This document shows positions 1 to 11,199 of a stretch of 64,000 nt of DNA, piece by piece (position 1 is the first letter of the stretch; each line of letters opens with the position of its first letter). Below the pieces are notes generated by a model. It saw nothing but the letters and a program-made list of their open reading frames with translations. It did not search any database and was not told the origin of the DNA. This DNA is from Lingula anatina (taxonomy: Eukaryota > Animalia > Brachiopoda): the NCBI GenBank assembly GCA_051362555.1, contig JBPQGU010000016.1:4960001-5024000 (forward strand), read 5' to 3'. The position numbers and the translations under genes were made by a program.

Positions 1-60
1 CTTGATTGATATCTTAGGCGATTATCAAAAACAGACAATAGCAAGAATCACTTACCTGCT

Positions 61-272
61 GTAGGTTACAGGATTATTTGAAGGGGGGTCCACGGATGCA
101 AAACCGACCCTTATCTTAGAGGGCGAACGGTGCTATTTGGTACTTTTTAGAACTATGATTCGGCTAGAGAAAATACTTATTTCATAAGGGGACCATCGGT
201 GTGATTATTTTTAGAAACTGAAGGGGAGGAGGTCAGGACCCCCTGACCCCCCCCCCTCCCAATCCGCCACTG
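61..272. mobile_element. Degenerate short non-autonomous DNA transposon (MITE-like, ...GATCCGCCACTG-type end)
   Basis: G-rich 5' part (GGATTATTTGAAGGGGGG) and a 3' end GGACCCCCTGACCCCCCCCCCTCCCAATCCGCCACTG. The same end type recurs at 647-659, 3940-3957 and 13615-13647. The left boundary is approximate. Confidence 0.5.
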
Positions 273-544
273 CAACTACCAATGGACCTCGGTGGACACA
301 GGTTAATTACATATTTGGCATTTGTGTCATAGTTTGTGCATTTAAGCTTTAAACTTAAGTTTTATAAATATTAAAGTACCTACCCTTTAACGCGAAGTAA
401 GAATCACGGTCAGCCACCTTTGTTTATGAGACAGTAATCAGTGTTACGCCGACGACCATCACCTGATGTATTGAATTAAACGAGTGGAGTAGTAACGAAC
501 CCTTGGAACGAATTTGAGAAATAAGCAAACCTGACTTTATCGAG

Positions 545-659
545 TGTAGGGGAGTTCGATTTTCTAAAAAAAATGTACATTATATTTATAAAAATTCAGT
601 CGGGGTCGAAACTCCCCCCCCCCCCCCCGCCCCCACCGACCCTCCTAAATCCACCACTG
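545..659. mobile_element. Fragment of the same MITE-like family
   Basis: Poly-C tract followed by CCTAAATCCACCACTG, matching the AATCCGCCACTG end at 261-272. Confidence 0.4.
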
Positions 660-939
660 GCACAAATCTTTTGTCCTGTACCACCTTAACTGCGTCACGT
701 CCAGCTCGATGTAGCGAGTCAATAGAAATATAATTTCAATCGGTTGACGAGAGGAATTAAAGTGAAATTAATTTCTCTCTGGTTATGACACGCCAGAAGA
801 GGGCGGGATTGATGTAGGGGAGTTTTCGTGTCATTTAGGCGATTGACACGGTACTGTTAACACGCTTATGATTACGACTCCGTAGACGACATGGTTGATG
901 AGTCCAGTGGAGGCGAACAATTTTCCTTGGCTGATGTAA

Positions 940-1409
940 TGAAAAAAATGGAAAGTAAAAAGAAAGAGACGAAAGACTATTTCGACCATAGACTGTCTAC
1001 ATTTAATGCCGAAGCCGGTAAAAACTGAAAGTCGACAATATTTATCTTGGAAAATAGAAGGTAATCACCAGCAATTTGACTCAACAGTATTTGAAAATAA
1101 GATTATTGTGGTGAACAAACTGACAGTGCCTTACAGTCTTGGCAAGAGAAACAAACTTATCAGAATTGCTGACACTTTCGACACTGTTAAGGAACATACT
1201 GTTAATCCTCTTGCTTGTGATTCTGAGAGCGAGAGAGCTACAAAGAAAATAAAAGAAAACAAAAAGGGAGCCAAAAAAATAAGGTTATATCAGCAGACCG
1301 ACCGATAGGTGTGGTGGGCGATACTTCTCAGCGGAGAAGTCTTTATCGCAGCAGCGGGTCGTGACTTTGCTTAGCTTGTTGAGGAAAGGGCCATTTCATG
1401 CTTGAGTGA
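940..1409 (+). pseudogene. gag-like ORF of DIRS-order element with a degenerate CCHC zinc knuckle
   Basis: ORF 1006-1308 contains GNHQQF and KRNKLIRIAD..TVKE..NPLACDSESE, resembling DIRS gag. Bases 1368-1409 read CLAC*GKGHFMLE*, i.e. CX2CX4HX4 with the last C changed to a stop. Confidence 0.7.
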
Positions 1410-1592
1410 CCAACTTACAGAGGGGAAAGTTATTCTACCAGAGTCCAACCCCAGAGATAAGGGAACATCTGGAATGGGGAAGAAGGCGGAAGCATTGAAA
1501 AATAGATAAGTACCCGGTACATGTATGAGTGCGTTAGTTTCAATCAAGAGTTGCATAATTATGAACATGAGCAAAATCAGAAATTCATACCC

Positions 1593-2480
1593 GTGAAAAG
1601 TAGGTTAAGAACCAATTTAAGTTTTTGGGAAGAAGTAGGGTATTCATTTTTTATTCTAGACTTGATAAAAATGGTTATAAATTTCCGTTTATAGCAACAC
1701 CCTGTGGGATGAGGAAAGATAACAGCTTTCACCATTGAAAAATAAGTTTTTTGTTAAAAAGCTATTCTTGGATTGAAAAAGATGCGTTTGATTAAAAGGT
1801 GTAGCAAACAACCAATTGTTGATAACCCTTAAACAGAAGCAGTGCATAGCAGTGAAAAAAATAGATTGATTTTAGATGTACGAGAAGTAAACAAACATGT
1901 CTGTAAGCAGTCTGGTAGTTACGGACATTTGAGAACGGCTCTTATGTTTATGAAACTGTGTGGTTGGTTGATTAAATTTGATTCAGCTAATCAACATCTA
2001 GATATCTATTATCCTCATACGGATTATTGAGGTTTTTCATGGAAAATTCAAGATCAGCAGATTTATTTTTGATTCTTAGTTCTTCCATTTGGGTTATCAT
2101 TAGCACTTAATATTTTTTTCAAAATTGACTTGGCAATTAATCAAAGAATGGTTCGATGTAATTGGATGACGGTCTGTGGTACTGCAGTAACATAGATAGA
2201 TTGGAGCATCAGGGTGCTGAGATCAAAGATGATATTGCTAAGTCAGGTTTTATGTAAATATATGAGAATACTATTTGGTCGTAGGTACAGAGTCTGGCAT
2301 TTATAGGCATCGAAATAGATATTAGTATTGGGGAAATCAAAGTTCTTGATATTAGATTAGCAAGTGCTAAGAGATCTGACATTATATTCGCACGAAAGTG
2401 AGCAGAGGTCTGGCTATGTCGGTCGGATTATACTATGTCTCATGTGTTGGGAAGTGTAACGCAACTAATGACAAATTATA
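1593..2480 (+). pseudogene. Reverse transcriptase remnant (DIRS type)
   Basis: VKSRLRTNLSFWE (1593), RLILDVREVNKHV, QHLDIYYPHTDY*GFSW, LVLPFGLS and the catalytic *LDDG at about 2159-2173. Confidence 0.88.
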
Positions 2481-2607
2481 TTAGCATGGTTATTTCAAGT
2501 GCTTTTTCTTAGAATCAGAAAATGTGTGTGAAAGCATGCAGTCAAATTAGACCTTGGTGTAGTAAATCAGAATTTTACAGTTTTCACCTCAGTGCAATAA
2601 GGTAGTT

Positions 2608-3095
2608 TATTCTGATGCTAGTAGTACTGGGTTTGGAGGACATTGTGTGGAGACACCTAAAAGGGTGTGTTGCGGGGAATGGTCAGCTGACGAAGCGACG
2701 GAGAGCTCTACTTACAGAGAACTGATAGCTGTTTTCAGGGTCCTGTTCTCCATGGCAAACACGTTGAGTGTTTTGAGATTGAAGTGGTTTTCTGATAGCA
2801 AAGATGTTGTAAACATTAAAGAAAAAAGTAGCATGAGGAGTAAATTACAACCTATTATTTTAGATGTTTTTCTTCTAATGGAGTTATTCAATAGAAATGA
2901 AAGGATACTGAGAGAAGAGAATACCCATGCAGATTATATAAGTAGAAGTGTGGATGTTGACAATTGGGGTATTTCTAAAGAATTATTCTCACATTTTGAT
3001 AAGATATGGGGTCCTCTTGAAGTGGATTGGTTTACGTCCTGCTACAATGCTTAAGTACATATTTTTACTCTAGATTTTAGAATTCAGGAACAGTG
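2608..3095 (+). pseudogene. RNase H plus start of the DIRS methyltransferase-like domain
   Basis: YSDASSTGFGG (2608), WSADEATESSTYRELIAV, KWFSDS, REENTHADYISR, then DNWGI..WGPLEVDWFTSCYNA (ORF 2647-3054). Confidence 0.85.
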
Positions 3096-3337
3096 AATGG
3101 GACACGCGTCATTTACGGATCTATCCTGGTCCTCAGATCAAATTCAGTCTCTTATTTCTACCAATGAGTTACAACAGACTCCTTGTTTCTATATTGTTTC
3201 CGACAGACTGTTCTGGTCCTTCACCTGTAAATATCCATCATGACGTAATCAAATGTGGCACCGAAACGTGCCCTTGGCTGACTCTGTTATGGTCTCAAAA
3301 TTTTTGAAGCTTTAAGCTTTTAGATGCTACCTAGTTT

Positions 3338-3424
3338 CTTATTGAAAAGTCGAGATATAGAGGTGGCAATTGGCTTTTGATAAATCGGGTTAAATCGTAT
3401 TTATGCCCAGTAAAAGTTCTTGAA
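3338..3424 (+). pseudogene. Tyrosine recombinase internal fragment
   Basis: LIEKSRYRGGNWLLINRVKSYLCPVKVLE resembles the I..SKTD.YR.G.....LCPV segment of DIRS YRs. Confidence 0.7.
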
Positions 3425-3684
3425 AATATTTAGATTTCATTGGTAGGCCTCGATCCTAGCGACAGCTTTTCAAATTTACATGGCCTATTTTAAATATAAT
3501 ATCGTTGAGTTACAATGACAGTTATGTATGAAAATTGTATAACGACGAGGGGGAGTATCGGTGCGCGTACAACAGTAATTTATGAATACATTTTACAGTA
3601 TTATGGAATATACATGTATATTAGCGCCCGTGGTCTTATTGATCAATTAATGTGTGAATGAATAAGTCAAATCCACATGTACAT

Positions 3685-3957
3685 CTGGGGCGGATCCAGG
3701 ATTTTTTGGAAGGGTGGTGGTGTTTTTTTTACGGATTGACAAGGCCTCGGAGTGCAAGGCCGACCCTCACCCCTTTGGAGTTATGTCTGGGGCACGCTCG
3801 AGGGCCACGAAAAAGGGTGTTTTAGAGGGAAAATATCTCCATTTGATACGGTTTATAACTATTATTCAGCTATAGATTTTGGGTGTAATTTTTTATCAGA
3901 AATCGAAGGGAGGAGGGGGTCTGGATCCCCCCTGACACTCCCTCTTTATCCGCCATG
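3685..3957. mobile_element. MITE-like element with imperfect terminal inverted repeats
   Basis: Starts CTGGGGCGGATCCAGGATTTTT and ends TATCCGCCATG (GGCGGAT/ATCCGCC inverted). It sits in a TACATGTA-like context and no clean TSD is visible. Confidence 0.65.
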
Positions 3958-3996
3958 TACATGTATTAGACCGTGAACATTCGTGAACAGTTTCAA

Positions 3997-4121
3997 CCAC
4001 AGTCCCTCGCCTGAAATGAGCCATGCCTGTCTGTAATTTGCATAACAGTTACTTGCTCATCGTAGTGCGAGCTGTATTTCCGAATGCTCAGTAGGCAGTA
4101 GGACACAGCTAGGTGAAGACG
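3997..4121 (+). repeat. Dispersed non-coding module, inverted homologue of 9051-9176
   Basis: Colinear blocks CCACAG, AAATG.GCCATGC, an exact TGTAATTTGCATAA (4032-4045), CATCG.AGTGC.AGCT and GAAGACG match the reverse complement of 9051-9176. Confidence 0.75.
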
Positions 4122-5619
4122 CAATGTTCAACGTGCGGGTGCAGTCGCAACGCAGTCGTATGAGGCGTAGAAGCAAATGCATGTTTCGTAAGTAGCACTT
4201 TTTCTTCAGTATCGTATGTCAGTTGATAGAAAGAGAGTAGAAAAATGCAAAGAAATTTGCGACGAGTATTTACGGGTATGTTACTACTCTTTGTTGTCGC
4301 TGTCGCCTGTCGTTTCTGTTATGCCACTCAAAATATTATTTAGCAAATTAGTAAATGGGCATATTACCACAAAGATCACGGACATATTTACATGATGGTA
4401 CCGTAGTTGTCACAGTTCCGAGCTTTTGATCCTAAGACAAGCGTGCCCCATGAACGATAGTCAGTTTTAGTAGGTTTGTTAATTTTATTATACATGTACC
4501 TGTAAAATGCTTGTAAGCAGTGTTGAAACACGGGGAAATGATTTATTCTAAAGCGAAATATGGTTCCCAAACGCGTGATGCAAAGCGATTTTAGATATTA
4601 CAACTTTATATAGTAGGTAAAATAGATAAATAGTGATAACCTACACAAACTAGAGGAGTGTTTTCAATATTTTTTTTTCAAAGCAAGATATCTGAAATAT
4701 CTTTATTACTAACTTCAGGTCTTAAATGTGGCGTTAGGCAACATAGGATCGATTGCTTTTTTGGGGTGCTATCTGAGCCTGAACTATGGACAAGTCAGAT
4801 ATTGTTAACATTACTTTCTTATTTCAGAAGTCCACTGAGATACTGAGAACTGCACGGCACCTGGCTGCAGGCAACCAAGCCTGTCATTCACCCTCTGGAA
4901 CCCTACGCACATCCATGCATCTTTTGTTTTAAAATTGAATAAATACGTTTGTCATTCCTTGTTTTCTTATTCACTTCCATATGAAATGATGATAAAATAT
5001 TAATAATAATAATAAAAGAGGGTTAGGGGTAAAATTGTAAAGATATTATTGTTTGAGCACTTTCTAATTAAATCTGCTAAAACTGATCTGTAAGCATTGT
5101 GTTTGGGATTGATGATTTCTCCAGTAACAGAGGATGTCGTAAATCGAAAGGATTAAAAGTTTTGTTAATATGCCCAGTATTTTGTAAATAATTGAGAGCA
5201 TTTTAAGAATACATCTACAGGATTTCCAACAGCCCACATTTATAAATACAATTTGTATGAATTTACGATATTGCTTTTTTAAAAATCTGTCCTACATTTT
5301 TTATAGTGAGACGGGTTTTTTAATATCTATTTATAAATTAGTTCATCCTCCCAGATAAAATTTTCTTAATTTAATATAAGTCCATATTCTAAGGTTTTTG
5401 GTTTGCTAGAGAAAACTGTTTCAAATTTCACGACCTTCTCATCAGACGAACACTTCAATTTTAAATTAAAACGGAAATATAAGAGATCTTGACACACTTT
5501 TGAAATGGGAACAATGAAATTTGCTCCTCCACCCAAAACTTAGAACTGCATATTCTGATATGTTTGAAAATGTCTCATTAAAATCATAATTAAAATAAAT
5601 TGATCCTTTGATATAAAGA

Positions 5620-6077
5620 AATGGGCTCGCCCCATCTGTCACCCCTCAAATCGAATGGACTTGTCCCACCTGTCACCCCTCAAATGGAATGGACTCGCCC
5701 CACCTGTCACCCCTCAAATCGAATGGACTCGTCCCACCTGTCACCCCTTAAATCGAATGGACTCGTCCCACCTGTCACCCCTCAAATGGAATGGACTCGC
5801 CCCACCTGTCACCCCTCAAATCGAATGGACTCGCCCCACCTGTCACCCCTCAAATGGAATGGACTCGTCCCACCTGTCACCCCTCAGATGGAATGGACTC
5901 GCCCCACCTGTCACCCCTAAGATGAAATGGACTCGCCCCACCTGTCACCCCTCGGATGAAATGGACTCGCCCCACCTGTCACCCCTAAGATGAAATGGAC
6001 TCGCCCCACCTGTCACCCCTCAAATGGAATGGACTCGTCCCACCTGTCACCCCTCAAATCGAATGGACTCGACCCAC
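5620..6077. repeat. 34-bp minisatellite, about 13.5 copies
   Basis: Unit AATGGACTCGYCCCACCTGTCACCCCTCAAATSG, with ATGG recurring at 5621, 5655 ... 6063 (13 x 34). It explains the repetitive ORFs at 5621-6358. Confidence 0.97.
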
Positions 6078-6419
6078 TTGAAAACTTTCAATGCAGGTCA
6101 GTGGTGGGTGGAAGGGTATCATGTGATTTTCGGGAGCCAATGAAAAAAGCAGGAATTTTACACTCCGTTATAGGTAAACAAAATGGCACGTTCGACGCAC
6201 CGGGGAGGATCGTTTATTTAGGAGGCATGCACATAAATTTGGTGGGTATTTTAAAAGCATTTTACTATTTACAACGATCAGTACCATCTCAACTTAACTC
6301 ATGTGAAGTGATTTTCAAGTGTTTGGTCTTTATATGTTTTTATGACAATTTAAACTAGGCATAGCTTCATATGTAGTTTGACAATTGTAAACTGAAGTTT
6401 TCACACCACAAGCCTTCTT

Positions 6420-6955
6420 TCAAGTGAAATATCTCGAAAAGCACTCGGACGATTTTTTTCCAACTTTTCAGTAATGTTGCTCATTTATTTGTTGACAAAA
6501 AGTGCCGATGGCACCCGATGGGACCCCTGGATCTTTAGAGATATAGACGGTATAATCCTTCATACCCAATTACGACCATTTTTGTAGGAATGCGTCTTTA
6601 TAATGTTAAACTCCCTCATTAAAAAGCATATATCTGAAAAAGTAAACGGTAGATTTTTTCCAAATCTTAATCTGACGTTTTTCGTGTACCTTTTTACATA
6701 ATATGTAGCCTGCAACTGACAGCACCCCTGGGTCTTGGGATATATAGACAATGCAGTGCCATGGCAAATTACGGCCATTTTTGTTTGAGTGAAATTTGGA
6801 TCACGCAGACCCCGTCTTTCAAATCAAATATCTGAAAAAGCAATCGGACAATTATTTTCAAAATTGTCAGAAATGTTGCTTAGATATTGGTTAGCAAAAA
6901 GAGCCTATGGCACCCAATGGCACCCCAGGATCTTGAGAATTATAGGCTGTATATA
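6420..6955. repeat. Degenerate ~200-bp tandem repeat, about 3 copies
   Basis: TATCT..AAAAG..A..CGG...ATT.TTTTC.AA near 6430, 6631 and 6829, each followed about 95 bp later by G.ACCCC.GG.TCTT..GA..TATAG. Confidence 0.75.
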
Positions 6956-8426
6956 GTGCATGCCAAAGTACTGTTTTGGTTATCCCACAGCCAGCATTTA
7001 CATGTATAACAACAGCATAATTGCACTTGTATATCACTTACATGCTTGTCTGTATTTTAAAGCATAATGTGCAATCTGATCACTATACAAGCACATTCCT
7101 ACAACTGTTGAAGGGCTAGTCATGGTATTAGTCAGTTACAACTACTTGTCATTCACTGTGTATGATGTACAAGAGCCTATTATATCTCAACTGTAGCTCC
7201 ATATAATAGCACTCTTTTATGCCACATACAGTAATTGGCTCAAGTACATATCAAATAAACATTTTTTTTTAAATACTGATGATAAGTCTCATATCTTTTT
7301 CAGCATGGACTACAATTTTTATTTTTGAAATGCTGTGCACTATAAAGGTGAGAAGTAATTCATCGGAATACCATAGTTGTAAACTTGTGACTTATGTTTC
7401 CATTGCTCATCTATTTCGTTAACATTGACAAAAACATGTTCTGTGTTTGTTTTGCCTAAACTTTCATCAAAATGCATCTTACTATCATAAAAATTGAAAT
7501 CATATTTAAGTATAATGGTAACAGGTTACCTAAAAAGTTGAAGCCTTATCCAGTTAAATAATAATAATATCAAATATAAAACATTTACTGCTTTTTAATT
7601 TCAGGGAATGGAAACAGCTTATAACCTCATAATGGGATACCGCCTATGGATTGTAGCTGAAATTAGAGACTTGAGATAACAGGAATGATGTTTGTTATTT
7701 CCAAAATCTGTGCCTTCATGGAGTGTGACATTGTAATAAACATGATTGCTTTTTAATTACTCAGTCATCAAATGTTAAATTAGTAGTTTGTCACAATATC
7801 AAATATTGTATTATCTGCATAGAGAATTCCCCTCATCTTTTGTAAGTTAAGTTTTGATTAATTAAGTAAAGTGAGTAGTAAGTCTCATGAACTTGGAGAA
7901 AATTAAATACTGCAGATCTTGGAAAAACTTCGTTTATTGTGATTTCTGTCAGATATGAGGATTTGTAAATGTTGATAATACATTACATTTTCTGTCTCTT
8001 ATTATATGCATTTACCATGATTTCTCACTCTGAGTAATGTACGCATCTAGCAAACTAACTTGAAATTCAAGGCATATTTTATAGTTTTAAAAAAAGTGAT
8101 AATAAAATCTGACTAAGACGAATTTAAAGTAATCTGAATTCTATCAGGATTTCAGTCTTGCCTGTGCTATGTATGTATTTGTAGGTTGTCACCCTTTTAA
8201 ATCATTTAAAAAGTATTATTATATTATTTCAATATTTTGTGAATAGTTAAATGAGTTATAAAATTTATAAGAAAAATGTAAGAAATAAAATATACTGTTA
8301 ATTATGTTTTTATGAAATATGTGAAATAAAAAGTTTATAATCATATCAAAGTTCTTCCATTTGTTTATGATAAATTTGTCATTTTACATTTTCTTTGCCT
8401 TAAACTTTGGTCAAGCTTACTTTCCA

Positions 8427-8427
<1 letters not shown>

Positions 8428-8477
<50 letters not shown>
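8428..8477 (+). repeat. Pure poly(A) tract, 50 nt
   Basis: Read directly from the sequence. Confidence 0.97.
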
Positions 8478-8479
<2 letters not shown>

Positions 8480-9012
8480 TTGTCACATGCCCTTTCTTAT
8501 AGTTATCTGAATTATCAACTTGTCATAATTTACTATTTTAATTTCTAGAGTTAATTATTATTCTTATTCAAACAAGAAATTATCAATTATACACAGAAAA
8601 ATTAAAGTCAATAACAAATCAACATTGCCAGCAAATTTTACTCTGCCCAAGCTACAGTCACTACAGGTATATAGGATAGTAGGCCTACACACTGACAGAG
8701 ATGTGATACATATGCCACGGTGACATTTTACAACTCTACTCGTCGGTTTGTTGATCTTAAATTGCACATTTTTTCAAGTGTTTCATTATTAGTTTGTAGC
8801 ATCCATATTTATATTTATATACATTTATACATAATGAAACAAAGTCGGCGTAACGTTACGCAAATGCCCCAATAAACAATGCATCGCACACAGTTGCGCC
8901 AATGCTTTACTGGACGAAGACGCAGGAAGACGTCGCCGGGAGCTCACTTTCGATGTTCACTCTTCGACGGCAAAACGTCAAATGACTGACGTGCGTGCGC
9001 ATCTTTTGACGT

Positions 9013-9176
9013 ATCACGTGATACCCTTCCAACCACCAATGAATGCAGGTCGTCTTCTTACAGGGTCTAGCTATCCAGTGACCAACCAGGAGCATAGCTT
9101 GCACTGCGATGCGCGACTTTTTCTTATGCAAATTACAACTGGTACAGTGCATGGCACATTTGAGGAGTTGCTGTGG
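9013..9176 (-). repeat. Dispersed non-coding module: homologous to 3997-4121 (at 9051-9176) and to 6098-6127 (at 9013-9042)
   Basis: Exact 14-mer TGTAATTTGCATAA (minus strand 9124-9137). A 27/30 match to 6098-6127. Overlaps the perfect palindrome GTATCACGTGATAC (9011-9024). Confidence 0.7.
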
Positions 9177-9840
9177 AAATTGGTCTCAAAGAACGGCGAA
9201 ATTATGGAATATTATTTTACTATTGTGACAAGGCTATTACCCGCGTAGACCTATTTGTCACCATACATAATATTTTTCTAGGACAACTAGTTTATATTAA
9301 ATCAAAAACTAAAAATAGCAATGAAGATAGGTATAACAAGTAAATGATGATGCTCATACATTCGGGGAGTAGCTTTGCGTAGGATGAAATATATTGTATT
9401 GTACGCCCCCCTGGCTGTCGATTGTAAGTAATAGACATAAACTGGCCCGCTCGAAGATTCTGCGGGTCCGTGGTCAAAGTTAAATAAAAATAACCATGAT
9501 TAAGGGAAGTTATTGAAGTTATCAATTTAAGATTTTAGAGATACTAATAAATTTACCTTTTTTAACACTGGTCGTATTCACAAAAGATCGTAAACATTAC
9601 AGAGAGAAGGAAAAGTACCCAAGAGAAGGGAGGGTGTGTGTGTGAAGGAGCGCAATGTGAAACAAATTAATATTATGTTCTTATTTATCTATTTAATTTC
9701 ATAAATAATTTGTAATCTCTTCACTCTTGATTCAAATAAATAAAAAGCAACAATTAAAACTTGTAGTACTTGCCACAGAAGCCAAACTGAAGTAAAACAT
9801 TTGAAATAGCAAAAAAAAAGAGGAAGACAAGTAAAAAAAA

Positions 9841-10440
9841 TTAAATTCCCAAATTTTTAGAAACTAATAATCTTTCTTCGACAGTATCCTTAACATAACC
9901 GTCTTTTGTGTTTTCAGATCGCCATATACCGTGTTTCTTAAACAGTCTGTCTTTAGTCCCTGCATTAGAATCCAGCATATGAAATCAAACAAACGGAAAG
10001 TACTCGGAGATCCTTCAAAGTGACTTCAGAACTCATAAAATTAGTAACCAATTGAGAAATGTGCTTAGCAGTTACAGGTTCCTTTTTTGTTACTCTATGA
10101 TCTTTCCGTCTCTGAGATGCTTCCTTCACTGCAATAACGAATTTTGACTCGCAATTTCGGATTTTTCTTACAGTTGGCTGTACCATGAAACCATTTTAAA
10201 GTGTAAAAAGATGTCTAAACCGCAGCAGAACAATTACAAGTTTGTGACAAAATTTGAAGATAAAAAGCAACAATCGAGTCTTTCGCTGTAAAGAAAGAGG
10301 TCACACCGATCGTATTACACCGTTCAAGCCATTTTTGGAAGCCGAAAGAATATTATCTCACTGTGTTGTCTGCTCTTGACTTCAAAATGACATCTGGTAA
10401 TGAATCTGCTAAAGCCTTCAAACTTTTATTGCTTGTAACC
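9841..10440 (-). pseudogene. Tyrosine recombinase with its central catalytic segment deleted
   Basis: LKSRADNTVR and KKEPVT..DLRVLSVCLISYAGF are joined at ~9967 directly to NAGTKDRLFKKHGIWRSENTKDGYVKD..SKNLGI*. Confidence 0.87.
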
Positions 10441-10673
10441 TCCACGTCTTGGAGGATAGCATTATCAAGAAAACATGAAAAAGGAAAAAAAGAAAATTTT
10501 TGAAAACAAAACTCTAGCAATCGTTCCCATAATCTCTGTTCATCCTGGACAATAATCATGTCCATGTTAACTGTCATTGATCAATGATTGTGATCCTAAT
10601 GGCCATTTCTTCCATTCCTTCCTTCAATGTTGCAGAACTCCATTACAGCATGTTGTATCGATAACCCATTGAT

Positions 10674-10822
10674 AACTAGAGCGCAGACCTCCGCCAAGGC
10701 AGCGATTTTTTATTATTATTATTGATTTTTGATTGATTATTGATCCGGATCACCACCAAAAAATAATCATCTCTTCCTTGGCCCACTTCGTACAGTTCCT
10801 GAAAAATTCATCAAAATCGGTC
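10674..10822 (+). mobile_element. Truncated Helentron/HINE-like non-autonomous insertion inside DIRS copy 2
   Basis: Starts AACTAGAGCGCAGACCTCCGCCAAGG and has an internal GATCCGGATCACCACCAAAA...CCTGAAAAATTCATCAAAATCGG. I recognise this as typical of metazoan Helentron-derived elements, from memory and not from a search. Confidence 0.55.
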
Positions 10823-11199
10823 TAAGAAATACATAAACAAAGCCATCTCCATTATATCAATGATCCAGTGATCGTCTGTTTATCTCTCCTTCGAAGAAAG
10901 TGAGTTTTAAATTCTATAAACAGATGACCAATTATTCATCTACTTTAAATCCCTTTAAATATGAAAAACTTATTCGTATTTAAAACAAATGGTCCAAAAC
11001 CGGGTTTTCTGGCATCTGAATAGACCGTTTTTAACTTACTAGGCAAGCTTTGTACACGTAGACTTTTCTCATTAAAAAAAAAAAAAAAAAGAAAACTAAA
11101 TTGTCTTTCCAAAAATTAATTCTTTAATGCAAGACATTCGTCTTTAATATTAATATTAAAATCCCAATACTTCCTCTAGTTATTTATCTAGATACATTT

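Larger units (their letters stand above)
900..3490 (+). mobile_element. Decayed DIRS-order (DIRS1/PAT-like) tyrosine-recombinase retrotransposon, copy 1
   Basis: Domain remnants in canonical order gag, RT, RNase H, methyltransferase-like, YR, with many stops, frameshifts and internal deletions. Termini are not resolved. Confidence 0.88.

Noticed and set aside
4066-4099. HDV-like ribozyme fold in the conserved module
   Set aside because: A pseudoknot can be drawn for this copy, but P4 and the catalytic C strand are missing and the P1 pairing is not kept in the 9051-9176 copy.
5020-5600. Possible 3' fragment of a non-LTR retrotransposon on the minus strand
   Set aside because: Only faint motifs (FSLANQK, EDEL) among many stops. 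It cannot be supported without blastx.
5621-6358. Proline-rich repeat proteins
   Set aside because: These are translations of a 34-bp (non-triplet) minisatellite that is open in more than one frame.
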